In this document: positions 40,447 through 54,874 of the stretch, one piece after another
Layout: each line of letters starts with the position of its first letter
How positions within the stretch are numbered: position 1 is the stretch's first letter
From: Octopus vulgaris
Lineage: Eukaryota
DNA length: 64,000 nucleotides
Assembly: GCA_951406725.2 (NCBI GenBank)
Contig: OX597833.1
Location: 68,572,001 to 68,636,000 of the forward strand
Reading direction: 5' to 3'
Notes under the pieces: generated by a model
Databases searched by the model: none
What the model saw: the letters and a program-made list of their open reading frames with translations, nothing else
What the model was told of the DNA's origin: nothing
Position numbers and translations under genes: made by a program

Positions 40447-41284
40447 GTTCAATAACATTGACCTAAAGTGACTGACTCTCCCCAGACACAACATTGACAA
40501 TGTTTTACTCCTTGATTAGTGATGGTTTCGTCATATCTTATTGTAGAATAATTATCTCTGGTTAAATTTATTTAGTAAACATTGCTAGAAGCATGTTCAC
40601 ATTAATATTAATGCGATAAAAATACCGAGTTTTTAAAAAGTAACTCATTTTATTTTACTAGGAGTACAACATCGGTTATATTCTTGAAGTAACAATGCGA
40701 TATTGTTACGGACATAAAATTTCATGGACATTAGTAGAATTATTAAATAGAGATATTTCTTTGAATGGAAGCCAAGATCAATTATATTAACAATCATATT
40801 TAGTAACAAGATACCACAAAAAAAAAAAAAGAAAAAAAGCAGCAACAGTTTCTGACAACAAATACTCTGCATATATTAAACCGTATTAGAAAAAAAGAAC
40901 TAAGAGTCGTATTGTTGAATGGCGGCTTCTGCAAAGTCAAAAAATGAAAAGAAACTCACAACAATAGAGATAAAGGGATAAAGGAGAGGGAAAAGAAGTG
41001 CAACAAAAAAAAAACGGCGAAAAAAATGAAATCTATAATAATGTTTTAACAACTTGATGATATATTATATCACGTTGCTCCTACAAAAATGACAAATTAA
41101 ACATTTTACAATGTATTAAGTGTCCGCGAGTCGATTCCTCCCTGGATAAGTAAATACATATGTGTTCGTGTACGTACGTATATACATAGATTTATACACA
41201 CACTTATATATATATATATATGTATGCGAATAATGATATGACAACAAAAGGATGAGTGAGACATCGATATTATGTAAAATAGAG

Positions 41285-41286
<2 letters not shown>

Positions 41287-41340
<54 letters not shown>

Positions 41341-41652
41341 GTATATATATATATTTATATATGTATGTATTCAGTTTTGGATGCTGGTGGTTGCGCAGGG
41401 CATCAATGTATATATATGTTTATATATGTATGTATATATATATATATGTATATATATGCATATATATATATTTATATAGGTATGTATATATATGCATATA
41501 TATATATTTATATAGGTATGTATATATATGCATATATATATATTTATATATGTATATATATGTATATATATGCATATATATATATTTTTTATATAGGTAT
41601 GTATATATATGCATATATATATATGCATATATATATATATATATATATATGC

Positions 41653-41698
<46 letters not shown>

Positions 41699-41813
41699 GT
41701 GTATGTATATATATATATACATATACATACACACAAACACATACATACAGAGAGAATGAGTGACACGTATATATTAGAATATATGTAAATAAATAGATGT
41801 GTGTGTTTGCATT

Positions 41814-41855
<42 letters not shown>
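41287..41855. repeat. Long compound (TA)n array
   Basis: Direct reading; tatgcatat and tttatataggtatg subunits. Confidence 0.95.
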
Positions 41856-41857
<2 letters not shown>

Positions 41858-42054
41858 AACAGACTCACTCACTCACTCATTCATACACCCAATAGAGGAA
41901 CGTAAAGTTTTTTGATATATGGCAATTCCGTTTTTATTTTCAATATATCCAACAATGTTTTTGTGTGTAGTTGTTTATGTCAGAATTACCTTGTTTTAAT
42001 GCGTTTAGTAATATAATGGAAATAATAAAAATATAGAGGTTGAAAAAATCGCAT

Positions 42055-42085
<31 letters not shown>

Positions 42086-42693
42086 ACGAGTGCCTAGATC
42101 TGTGTGTGGGTGTGTACACACCATCTATTTTAAACATGACAGGAAATAGGAGATTAAAAGTTTGCTATAAAATTCACCTTTATAGATGGAAAAAGGAAAA
42201 AATATATGTTGATGTGTTGCAATCAATAAAAAATATATATTGACGAAATTTTAGGGTGACGGTAATGGAAAATAATAAAACCGCAATTTCTTTTAAAGAA
42301 ATTGTATATAACCACACACATACCCACAGAAACCCGTGCAAATATGGGCGTTCTGACATACAATGATATATTTTTGTTAATAACTGCTTATCTTTTCTTT
42401 TATAGAGTGCAAATGTTGTAGTTGACAAACAAATGAGCTGAATATATATGTGAGACTAGTTCTGTTTGTCATTGTGTGTGACAGTGTATTTATATATACA
42501 TATATGTGTATATATACACACATATATACAATATTATATATATATATACATAGCGAGAGAGAGATGTAAATATGTATATATAAACTGGTATATATGTGTA
42601 TATGTATACACACACACACACACATATATATACACACATATGCATGCGCAGACAAACATATACATATGCATGCATACACATAAATGAACATGG

Positions 42694-42699
<6 letters not shown>

Positions 42700-42734
<35 letters not shown>

Positions 42735-42842
42735 ATGTATACATCTATGTACTGTGTACATATGTGCATGTATGTATACAATGTATACATATATATATGT
42801 ATCTATTTCTATCTCTATCTGTATATATACCTATCTATCTAG

Positions 42843-42916
<74 letters not shown>

Positions 42917-43005
42917 ACATCTATGTACTGTGTACATATGTGCATGTATGTATACAATGTATACATATATATATGTATCTATCTCTATCTGTATATATAC
43001 CCATC

Positions 43006-43065
<60 letters not shown>
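42700..43065. repeat. ~176-bp tandem duplication built of microsatellites
   Basis: acatctatgtactgtgtacatatgtgcatgtatgtatacaatg at 42741 and 42917. Confidence 0.85.
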
Positions 43066-43066
<1 letters not shown>

Positions 43067-43389
43067 TAATACAAAGGTAATAAGTCGTAGAAAATAGAAT
43101 AAAATAATAAAATAATATTTAATGTTAGGTTGCAATATTTATTGTCTACTCGAAATATTTCCAAAAATATATTCCTGAGAAAATGAGTTAAGTTTAATTG
43201 AAATAGTGAGTTTCCCGGTGAGATTGATTAGTTTCAGGTTACTAATGTTAAAGAGAAATAATTATGTTCTTCCTGGACACATTATGTGTTATGATAACGA
43301 GAAAAACGATTAACAAACATCAAGTGTTAATGTACTATCATCCGAATATTACTTTTCCACACAATTATATACTTCCATATATATATATG

Positions 43390-43421
<32 letters not shown>

Positions 43422-43590
43422 TGTATTGTTATTTCACTTATATGTTCTTTCTATCTATTTTTTGTTCAATTTTTCGTTGATTCGCTTTGTGTTTTAAACA
43501 TTATTCTTTATTATTTTAAAGACAGTGACAGGAAAAACGTTATTTATAAGAAGACTGATAACTTCCCGTAAATAATACCGTTATATCGTT

Positions 43591-43637
<47 letters not shown>

Positions 43638-43711
43638 AGAAAGGTAGAGAGACAGATAGGCAGACAGACAGATACATTTATAGGTATATTGATAATTAGT
43701 ATCATAGGTAT

Positions 43712-43828
43712 ATTGATAATAAAGTACCAGTTACGCACTGGGCTCGATGTAATCGACTTAATACCTATGTCTGTCCTTGTTTGTCCTCTCTGTGTTTAGC
43801 CCCTTGTGGGTAATAAAGAAATAGGTAT
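43712..43828 (+). mobile_element. 5'-truncated SINE family B with 20-bp flanking direct repeat
   Basis: aagtaccagttacgcactgg...ccttgtgggtaataaagaa; ataggtatattgataattag at 43680 and 43821. Confidence 0.88.
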
Positions 43829-44469
43829 ATTGATAATTAGGCGATCATATTTTTCCATAGTCATATACGAAAATAATAGTCATACTTTGTAAAATCCTTA
43901 CTATGTATTTAAAAATTCACGATGTTTTTCAAATTGTTAAATATGTCTATATGCATGCATAAGTATTAAAAGTGATATGCCCCCCCCCCCACACACACAC
44001 ACACATTAAACCAAAATTCACGGCCTAATTTTCTTTTATATTTCAAATACAGATATGATTATTATTCATTTTTTTTTTTGGTAAGAAAAGTGAAAAGAAA
44101 ATCCCAAAATTCAGTCTGTTTATAGATATATACAAATTACCAGCGCAAATAATGTATATTTTATAACAAGTGACTAGTTCACCTTCTGATTTTCAAACAC
44201 ATATTTCATAGCTTTTTATCATTATTTAATGTTTTCGTAGCAACTGTGCACTCATATTACCGAGCATTATCTCATATTACCGAGACATTACCGAGACATG
44301 ATATAATTGATATAAAAAAAAAACTCGCAAATGCTACATAATTACATACATGGGGTGATTCATACATACACATATATAAATATACATATATACACAAACA
44401 CAAACATGGGTAGCAGCGTGAAGCCACCCCATGTTTAAGCGGGTGACGTGTTTGTATAAGTAAATGCGC

Positions 44470-44640
44470 GTGGCTTAGATTTTCCTTTGGGGCAATCTCA
44501 AGATTAATCAGCCGAAATTGCGAAGATGATCCGGTTCTTGACTGAAGATTGAAGGCTTCGAATGTCCCGTCCGTGTTTTTTGTATCGTCTTCTAAAGGTT
44601 TCACGTTCTTGTCCCAGTTTGTATTTTTTTTACATTTACA
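44470..44640 (+). repeat. Unclassified interspersed repeat (copies at 45490-45620 + and ~51510-51670 -)
   Basis: Shared ccgaaatt...gatgatccggttcttgactgaaga.tga.gg.ttcgaatgtcc.gtccgtgttt; each copy ends at a TA tract. Confidence 0.75.
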
Positions 44641-45014
44641 TTTACATATATATATATATGAGTGTGTGTGTGTGTAGGTCACATGCTTAAACATGTCCGA
44701 GACATACACGAACCCGTAAATCACTGTATTTTGCCGTGGAGAGGAACACTTTTGTTAGGGAGCATCATGAGCTGACTCGATGGGTTTCTAACTAATTCTA
44801 ACTAATTACAGCAAGAAATTTTCTCTGACAGAAAATACAGGGAATGACATTCTTACGGGTTAGAATATGTCCCGAGCATATCTCGACACTTGACGGGTTT
44901 GTGGTTGCGCTTAAACCTGCTTAACGCGGCTAACCCATGTATGTGTCACTGTGTGTGTACATTCGAAGGCTAGCGATGTGTAACAACATCTGATGGTCTG
45001 GTCGGTCACGTGAT

Positions 45015-45052
<38 letters not shown>

Positions 45053-45102
45053 ATCATGACCGACCAGACCATCAGATGTTGTTACACATCGCTAGCCATA
45101 TA

Positions 45103-45487
<385 letters not shown>

Positions 45488-45619
45488 TAATCACCCGAAA
45501 TTACTACGATGATCCGGTTCTTGACTGAAGACTGAGGGTTTCGAATGTCCTGTCCGTGTTTATTGTGTCGTCTTCTAAGAGTTATACGTTCTTGTCCATG
45601 TTGTATTTTTCTACATACC

Positions 45620-45672
<53 letters not shown>

Positions 45673-46839
45673 CTGTATGCATGTATGAATCACCCCATGC
45701 GTGTATATTTGTGCGTGTTTATAAGGGTGTGCACGTGTGTTGACCTCTGTGTGTCTGTGTGTATCCTCTGGCTTTCTTCATTTTAATTTTCTCTCTCTAC
45801 CTTCCCTTCTCGGTACTTACAGGAATTTCCATATTTCATTATTCAACAATGATCCATGGCAGATTTTTCTTTCTTTTTTGTCTATACCTTTTGTCCAATA
45901 ACCTTCTTTCATTTCTTTACACCTTACTATCGTTATTTTCACATCTACCTCTATACTCACGAACTTATAACTGCTTCTTTCTCCTATTTTCGTTTTTGTA
46001 CTAAACGTGCATTATCAATGTCGCAAAGTTTTATTCTTCATTACAATTGACCTCGCTAGGTCAAATTATTCTGTTCCATTATCTAAAACCTCACCTGTAT
46101 CTAAATCTCCTAATGTCAGTATTTTTATCCTCACTCCGCTTTAGATTCTGTTTAACAATTCGAAATTCTCTTATATTCCAAGGAAAGCAGCTGAAATTGA
46201 AATTTTCATACGTATATATTGATGTACTCCATCAATTTTTATATGATCGTAACCACAGGCTTCCAACACCATTCTTAAAACACGCCAACGTACATGGCAC
46301 AGTGAAATTAAGTTTTTCCTCTACGTAAGTCTTGAGAGAATAGATAGAAATAAATTTGTTAATGGTTTACTGCGAAAATTCTCCTTTGGCTAAAACTCTT
46401 GGGAAAAACAAATTGGAAAATTCGAAATAACATAGCAAATAGCCACTTTAAAACTAACATTTCTGTTATATTTGAAGCAAATGTTTCTTTTCGGAATAGA
46501 ATCATAAAACAATATGGTTCTCATTTGTGATAACCATTCACCAATATTGTTGTGTTGTGTGTATTTGAGTTTTGACATAAAGCCTCATCTTAACTACCTT
46601 ACTGTAACATTACCTCAGTTCTGTTCAATCTAAATGTATACTATTATGGATGTATTTTCCTTCTGTCTAACGCAAGCGACACGAAATTGTCGTAACTAAT
46701 GCGGGCATACACACAAATGTAGACGTACGCGCATAAATGGATACGAGTATACGAATGCACATATATACATGCATATAGACACATACATATATATGTACAT
46801 GTATACAAACATATGTCCTTATATAGGTGTGAGTGCATA

Positions 46840-46888
<49 letters not shown>

Positions 46889-46909
46889 CGAGATTATGAG
46901 AAATATGCA

Positions 46910-46944
<35 letters not shown>

Positions 46945-47294
46945 CGAGATTATGAGAAATATGCAGACATATATATATATATATTTATATATATGTATAC
47001 ATACATGTTTCTCATAATCTCGTTATAGTTTGTGCGTTTTCCCATATAACTTGCGGAGCCTTTCGTGTTGTAGAGATTACACGGAGGATGGATGTATGAA
47101 TATAAAATTAAGTGGGTTCAGTCGTTACCAATTTATACATAAAATCCGTTAGAGGGTCCTATCATCAATCGATCACGCGACTACAACAAAAACCACCATG
47201 CTGAAACAACATTTCATTTTTTTAGTATATATCATAATGGATATGAAGCTAGCTATATTTGAATATTGGCTTTACTGCCTTCATGTAATTACAT

Positions 47295-47445
47295 CGTTCT
47301 GAGTTCAGAGACCGTTGAGGTCGACTTTGGCTTTCATTTTTTCGGGGTCGATGAAAGAAGTACCAGTTACGCAATGGGGTCGGTGTAACTGACTAGCCCC
47401 TTCCCCAAAAATTTCAGGCCTTGTGCCTATATTAGAAAGCATTAT
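47295..47445 (+). mobile_element. SINE family B fragment (older tail)
   Basis: cgttctgagttcag...gaggtcgactttggctttc...aagtaccagttacgc...ccccaaaaatttcaggccttgtgcc. Confidence 0.75.
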
Positions 47446-47634
47446 TGTTGTTATTATTATCATTATTATTATTAATATTAATATTATTATCATCATTAAG
47501 ATGGTCAACCGACAGAGAAAATAAATACTATCATTTTATCAATGTTGAGGCTCTGCGTTCAAATTCCGCCGAGGTCTACTTTGCCTTTCATCCTTGAAAG
47601 GGTCGAGCACTGAGGTTGTTATAATCGATATAAT

Positions 47635-48367
47635 AGCCCGTCTCTTCTACTTGCTTCATAAACTCCCCCCGAAGTTATCGCTAACCGTCCATACATTTAA
47701 TTTGGCCTCTCTTCAATACTAAAAACACCACACTTTTTCAGTCCGAACTCCATTAGGATATCAGCACTGAAATTATACCCCTTATCAACGAAGGAACTTA
47801 TTTACCATAAAGTTTGAGGTCATCTATGAATATCAAGTGGTTGACATTTTGTTGGTGGCTCTCGGATACATACTCAGTCTATTCTTTCGCCAGAATCAGT
47901 GTTAGTGGTATCATGCACAGTAAAAAGATCAGTGAGGACAGGCAGTCCTCTTAGGCGATGCCTTTCCTAATTTCTATTATCCCTAAACTTCTTCCATATG
48001 CTTTCAGTTCACTTTGCCATATTTTTCCAAGCAATCGCTCAACATTCGATGCAATACCAAATAGGTTCGTACATTCCATAATCCAAGAATGTAGGATCAT
48101 ATCGTTTGCATTACCATAATCCATCCCTAACATAGATAAGTTAGTTTCCCTCCTCTTGCAGTCTCTAAGTACAGTTTTGTCTATCAGGAGTTGATCCTTG
48201 TTACTTCTGCCCTTACTCTTGCACACTTTCTGCTCATGTGGCAGAACTCCATATTTTACCAAATGTCCATACATTGAGTCTGCGACTATTCCAGCCAATA
48301 ATTTCCATATAAGTAGCAAGCACAATATCGGCCTGTAATTGTCTACCATAGTTCCTTTCTCGATGTT
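47635..48367 (-). pseudogene. R4/Dong-like non-LTR reverse transcriptase fragment
   Basis: [15 protein letters not shown]...EQK.C...[21 protein letters not shown]...HSWI, continuing after a stop into DCL...LLCMIPLT and NHLIFIDDLKLYGK...MEFGLKKC; abuts a (TAA)n tract. Confidence 0.88.
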
Positions 48368-48515
48368 TATTATTATTATTATTATTTATATTCCACTGAG
48401 ATCGAATTTGTCTTTCATCCCTTTGGGGTCCATTTAATAAGTACCAGTTGAACAATGAGTGTCGATATAATAGACATACCCATCCCCCGAAAATACAGGC
48501 ATTGATTTCAATGTA

Positions 48516-49081
48516 TTGGGTTGTCCGGAAAGTGTGTGCCAATTTTTAAAGGAAACAAAAAGGTCAATAAATACTTGCCATTACATTTTTAATCAACCAA
48601 ATATGAACCATTTTGTTGCACAATGCGCCTCCATCTTTCCTTTAACTTGAAAATACCTTCTTCCCAGAACTGAGGTGGTTTCATGGCAAAGAATTCATCA
48701 ATGTATCTTTTTACGTCATCCAAGGAATTGAAATTTTTACCATTAAGACCATTCTGCAGAGACCTGAATAAGTGGAAATCCGAAGGAGCAATATCTGGTG
48801 AATATGGAGGGTGGGGTAACACATCCCAGCCGAGCTGCAGCGATTTTCGTCTGGTTCCCAAAGCATCAAGTGCTGAAAATGAACATTCTTATCTTCCAAT
48901 TTAAAGGGTTGCAGAATTAACACAGGTTATAGGAATATAAACTTTCTTCCACGAAAAGATAGCTTTAACTGTGCTCTAAATGGAGGTGTAGTTAAATGCT
49001 ATTTTATGGACTCATCCATGTTCTAAAATAAGTCGAAATGTAAGCTACCATAAATCGGTACGAATTCTCCGGACAACCCAA
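48516..49081 (-). mobile_element. Internally deleted mariner transposon (566 bp)
   Basis: TIRs ttgggttgtccgga... at both ends with TA duplication; transposase C-terminus LGWDVLPHPPYSPDIAPSDFHLFRSLQN (48589-48861) and N-terminal stub EDKNVHFQHLML. Confidence 0.95.
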
Positions 49082-50118
49082 TAGAATCATTTACGGATCA
49101 TAAAGTATGCTAATATGTGCCATTCCTTCTTGTTTGTTAAGCATAAGAATGCAATTTGAACAAGATTTGGTTGTTAATCGTACTGGACTGAAGGAAAAAT
49201 CATAAAGACCGCCTCCGTCAGTTTGTGATGGCTTTTGGCTACGCTTAAGGTCGCCTTTTAGCAACCTGCTTTCAAATCGCTAATATCGAGATATTGTATT
49301 GCATATATCTAGCGAGACAAAAATTGACATATTGCATTGTGAACATAATAGACAATATTATTGGCATCAATTTACCCTCTTCATGGGAATAAAATAACTT
49401 ACAGTAATGTTTTAGCGTTGGTTTAATGGTCCATGTGTTTTCTTTAGAATTGAGCATCTCACTTCGGTAAAATAAATTAATATTATTGGCATATCAGGTG
49501 AAGACTCGCTTTAAAATATGTCCAGCTGCCAAAACTCAAAAGTCAGTTGGTCTTAACACTGTCAACGGCCATCGCCTTTGCCAATATCATATATTAGCAT
49601 TAAAAGTGTTTTTTTTCGTTATTGTTGTTTCTGAGAATTTATTCATCTACATCAAGTGTAGCATGATACAAAATAATTCTATTAAACAGGAAATTAACTT
49701 TGTGGCTCTGTAATGATGAATTGAATAAATGTTTTGGCAATCAACGTACAAGAGGCAATGGCGAACCTAAATCGAAAAACATACCCTCTTATATGTGTGT
49801 TGAGTTCATGCAATTATCTCACTACCTACCTAACTTTTTAATCTTTATATGTGTGTCTGTGTGTCATTCAGCCGGCCTATATGTGTATATGTCTGTCTGT
49901 TTGTCTTGCCATTCTTTAACCAGAATTGTATTGACAACGGCTTCGAAGCTTGTGTTAAAGAATAATAAATTTGTACTCTACTAAATATACTGAGTAATCT
50001 TTTGGGTTAACGTAAGAATTGTTTTATTAGAACACAAACACAAACTCTCTCCCTCCTTCTCTCACTATCTCTTTCTCTATCCCTTTCTTCAATCTCTCTC
50101 TCTCTCTCTCTCATTCTC

Positions 50119-50160
<42 letters not shown>

Positions 50161-50564
50161 TATAATTTCTTCCCTTGCATTTCAGTTGTTCTGTCAAGGT
50201 AATTAACAACGTCGTATAATTAACAACGTAACTACGAATTACGGTACATGTGGACGTGTGTAGCCTTAAAATAATTCGCATTTCAAGTTGCTTTGACGAT
50301 GTACGGGTTAATATGGACACTAGAATTTCAAATATTCAGACTGTGTGCCTCTATCCAATTTCAAACGAAAGTACACGTTGAACCGAGAAGAACGTTAATG
50401 GCTTGGCTCCAACAACTTGTGTCTGCAATGCTTTAATTTACATATTTATATGTTAATACAGCCACCAGAAGAATTAGACAGATTTTGATTTCCCCCATCT
50501 TTGACAAACAGAAACACCTCCGAAGTAGTGTTTGGAGGGATAGAGAGCTACGAAGCTGGTACTG

Positions 50565-50925
50565 ATGTCTTTTATCTTTTAGTTGTTTCAGTTGTTGGAT
50601 TTGAGGGTTTAGTGGAAGAAATCAACACCAGTCCCTTTTTTCTAAAGCCTGGTACTCGTTTTACCCTTCCGATTTTGCCGGACTGCTAAGTTACGGGAGC
50701 TCAAAGAAACCAAAACCTGTTGTGAAATGATATGTGGTGGCGGTGGGCAAACATACACATACACACACAAACGCATATGACAGAACTCTTTCAGTCTTCC
50801 TTTACTAAATCCATTCTTAAGGCATTGGTCATTCCGGGATTTTCAGTTGAAAAGGCCCAAAATGTCATGCAGTGGGACTGAATCCAGAACCATGTTGATG
50901 GGTAGCAGACTTCAACCATTAAGTG
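50565..50925 (-). mobile_element. Old SINE family A
   Basis: gactgctaagttacggg...ctttcagtcttcc...atgcagtgggactgaatccagaaccatg. Confidence 0.65.
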
Positions 50926-52514
50926 AAGATTGTTGGCCATGGATAAAAATCTCTTCCAGTCCAAAAACAGAAAACAAAACGTTAGGCTTTCTAGGCGAAC
51001 ACAGTATCCTCTGGAACATGGGCTTTCATTCAAGCAGAGAACGAATTGAGATAAAATTAATATTAAAATGTATGACTAAAAACAAAAGGAGATGGCCATG
51101 GGGGAAATTAATTATTGGTTTCATGAATTCAGTTGCAGTTGGCGACACGGAGCTTCCATACATCAACATCAACAGCAATACATGAAAAGGTCAGATGAAA
51201 CAAAGCCATGATCAGTGAACAAGAAAACGTCTGTAACGAAAGACAGAGAGCTATGAGTAACAAAAACAATATTTCGATCTTATTGGTGTCAAAAAATATT
51301 AGCTAAGTTCATTCTTTCATCAGTGTACGCAAAGCATGGCGACAGAGCACAGTGAGATATTTGAAAGAACAAACGTCGATTAGGATGAAAGCGAAAAAAG
51401 ACGGTTCTTCACTAATGCACAATGCTATATGTGTGTGAGTGTGTGTGCCCACAGAACGTGTATGTGTGTATGTATATACATGTACGAATATATATATATA
51501 TATATATAATAAAACTTTATATATAAAGAACGTGAAATTCACGAATTGACGAACACGGAAAACAGACAGTCATTCAGAGCCTTCATTCTTCAGTCAGAAA
51601 CCGATTCATCATGGCAAATTTCGGCTGTTTAAAGGAAAAGCTAAGCTATGGGCATTAGATTTCCTTGGTAGAAGGAAAGAATGTGACAACAGAGACGAAT
51701 AGGAAAACAAGAGACGAAGATAAAATTGGAAAGAGTAACGAATAAAAACAGAGACAAAATGGGACAAAAACAATTGATCAGCATATAACATGGACACACA
51801 CACACAAACACAAATATGTGTGCGTGTGTATATATATATATATACATATATATATACATATAAGATTAAATAATAAGGGTAGAAATTGATATTAATCAAA
51901 TTAAAACTAGTGACTTTGCATATTTAAAAAATCCGAAGATTTTATAAATAAATATATATATATATATAGATAGATAGATATATGTATATATATGATGTAC
52001 ATATATACTTCTAAACTGGTATTGAGCTAAATATAAAATACTACTTTTACAGCTTACTATACACAACAATTGGTAACTGTAGATGAGTAACTTAATCATA
52101 AACATTAGTTTCACGGGATGTAATGTGGAGATCTTATTCTATAATTCAAACTCTGTGTGTGTCTGTGAATATGTATTTGCGTGTGTGTTAGCGCTTATGT
52201 GTATTCGTATATGCGTTTATCTCTTCACGTTTTCTACACAGCAGGCTGGCTGTCTACGTCTTTGTCGCTTAACTTGACAATCAGCCAGTCAGAAGCTGCT
52301 TAACCTTATTTCATGACCCGGAACTGACTAACTCCCTGTGGCTATTGGTATTTTCATTATTATTATTACTTTTGTTGTTAAATTGTGTTTGTTATGTTTT
52401 TTATTTTGTAGTTTTTGGTTTGTTTTAGTCGTACTTGGGTTTGGTAGGCGTGACCTAGAACATGTAAGGTCACTTTTATTTTCTATTTCTGGTTTCGTTG
52501 TGGGACTGGTGAGG

Positions 52515-52703
52515 TTTTACCCTTTTACTTGTTTCACTCATTTGACTGCGGCCATGCTGGAGCACCGCCTTTAGTCGAAGAAACCGGCCCCAGGACTTAT
52601 TCTTTGTAAGCCTAGTACTAATTCTATCGGTCTCTTTGCCGAACCGCTAAGTTACAGGGACGTAAACACACCAGCATCGGTTATCAAGCGATGTTAGGGG
52701 AAA

Positions 52704-52740
<37 letters not shown>

Positions 52741-52913
52741 CACATATATACGACGGGCTTCTTTCAGTTTTCGTCTACCAAATCCACTCACAAGGCTTTG
52801 GTCGGTCCGAGGCTATAGTAGAAGACACTTGCCCAAGGTGCCACGCAATGGGACTGAACCCGGAACCATGTGGTTGGTAAGCAAGCTACTTACCACACGG
52901 CCACTCCTGCGCC
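52515..52913 (-). mobile_element. Full-length SINE family A
   Basis: Near-identical to the 38551 and 54875 copies. Confidence 0.93.
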
Positions 52914-53783
52914 TATATAAAAATTATGAGGTCTCACCGAGGCATTGTTGATAATTTGCATAACGGCCATAGTATTATTTATTGCCTAACACTGATGAGT
53001 TGCTACGCAATATTCCGCAACTTTTATGCAATTATTTCTTAATTATGTCGGTAATTTAACGAAAAGCGTGTATATTCTGTAAAACATTCACAAGCATATC
53101 AGTTTCCTGGTTTTTATGTAAACACGCACACACCCACACACATACGTATGTGTGTGAGTTTATTCTAATAGTATTATAAATTCATCCTATTTTGTTTGGA
53201 GCTAATTCTGTCTCTAAAGTTACGAAATCAACTAGTTATTACATTAACATTATCTTTAACAATTGCCTAAAAAGAGCACAATACAAACGTACCTATGATG
53301 CACGTACCTAAAACCGTTTTTGATTAATGTGTATATTTGCTTTAACCTGCTGTCAAATCGCACAGTATATTATTACTAAAGGAGTCCTTCGACACGTAGC
53401 CATAGTTTTAGAAATTCTTTTCACCATCGCCAGTATAGACTTCACCAACATCCCAGCAACACAAATAATTGCCTATGTATTACACCGCCTTCGTTCGATC
53501 TCCTCTCAAATTAACGTATTCACTTGCCACTTTTACGGCTTTTTCTCTGTTATATAATTATATAATTAAATTTGATTTGATGAATGTTTAAACTATATTT
53601 TTTTTCTTTTTTTCTTTTTCATTTTATATTTCCTCTCTCGTCCGTTTCAATTAATTTTCGGAAATTTAATATTTTGACATTTTTTTTGTCAATATATTTG
53701 AGGTTATAGTGTTGAAGCCGTGATTTTTATACGTGTCAAATCGATATCCGAACACCAACACATACATACACATATACATACAC

Positions 53784-53835
<52 letters not shown>

Positions 53836-54874
53836 ATTAATGGCTTGCAATACATTTTTTGTTTTTAATATCCGTTCTGTATCAAATGTTATACGTACAC
53901 TTTCATGCCCTTAACATTGTTATGGTGATATAGTTCTTGACATAAAAAAAAAATAATCAATTGTATTATCTATTTCCTTCAGAGATTCCTTATGAAAAAT
54001 TTGCCATAATTTTCTCGAGAATCATCTTACATTCTAGACACATAAATTAATGATCTCTTGCACATTTCCTCAATCCATTTCTTTATTAGCCACGTTAACA
54101 TTTGCAGCAAATAAGGGGCTCATAGACAACGTATAACTAGTGAAAATTCTAAGAGGCTCTAACTAGACACGTTAGCTGATATACCTGGGTGCAGAAACCT
54201 AGATCGCTGAACTATTATAACCAATTATCCCAAAATATATTTCTTTACGCTGACGTTGCTCCATAGATGTGAAAGGAAGAAAATCATAGGTTGTTTGAAT
54301 TGAAAAGGCTTGAATCTCTTTATATGGAGAATAAAATTATAAATATAAAAGATATAAAACAAATGCGAAAACAAAGCAAATTAATATCCTCATCATGAAA
54401 CAAAAAGATTTCTCTAGCAACTTTTTCACTTCATTTTGGAAAAAATGATGTATCATTTTAGTTATAATTGTATGAATATTGGGGCAATTTGATGCCATAG
54501 CAATTTGGATAGAGCCTTCGGGGTCCGAACGATTCGTCTGCTTTCTTTTTATGCTCATTAGAGTGGAAAATCCTCATTTGCTAAGGTAGGTTGTTACAAA
54601 AGACAGCAACATTTTGACTGCCTCCTAATGCCAAAAGGAAAAAATTATGTTGTAACAAGGAACACATTTTTTATGTAATTTTATTTATTTCTAAGAATAC
54701 CTCATCGACACCAAGAATTTCAGTTTTAGGTATTTCAATCTGTTCATAGCTTTACGTTTCAAGTTTCTAAGTCAACTCCTAACGACTTTCTTAAAATGGC
54801 GTTTGGGTGTGATTTCATTGTGTAAATTCTTGTGGAGAATCTTTTTATCGAAGTATGGGATGTTAACACATAGA

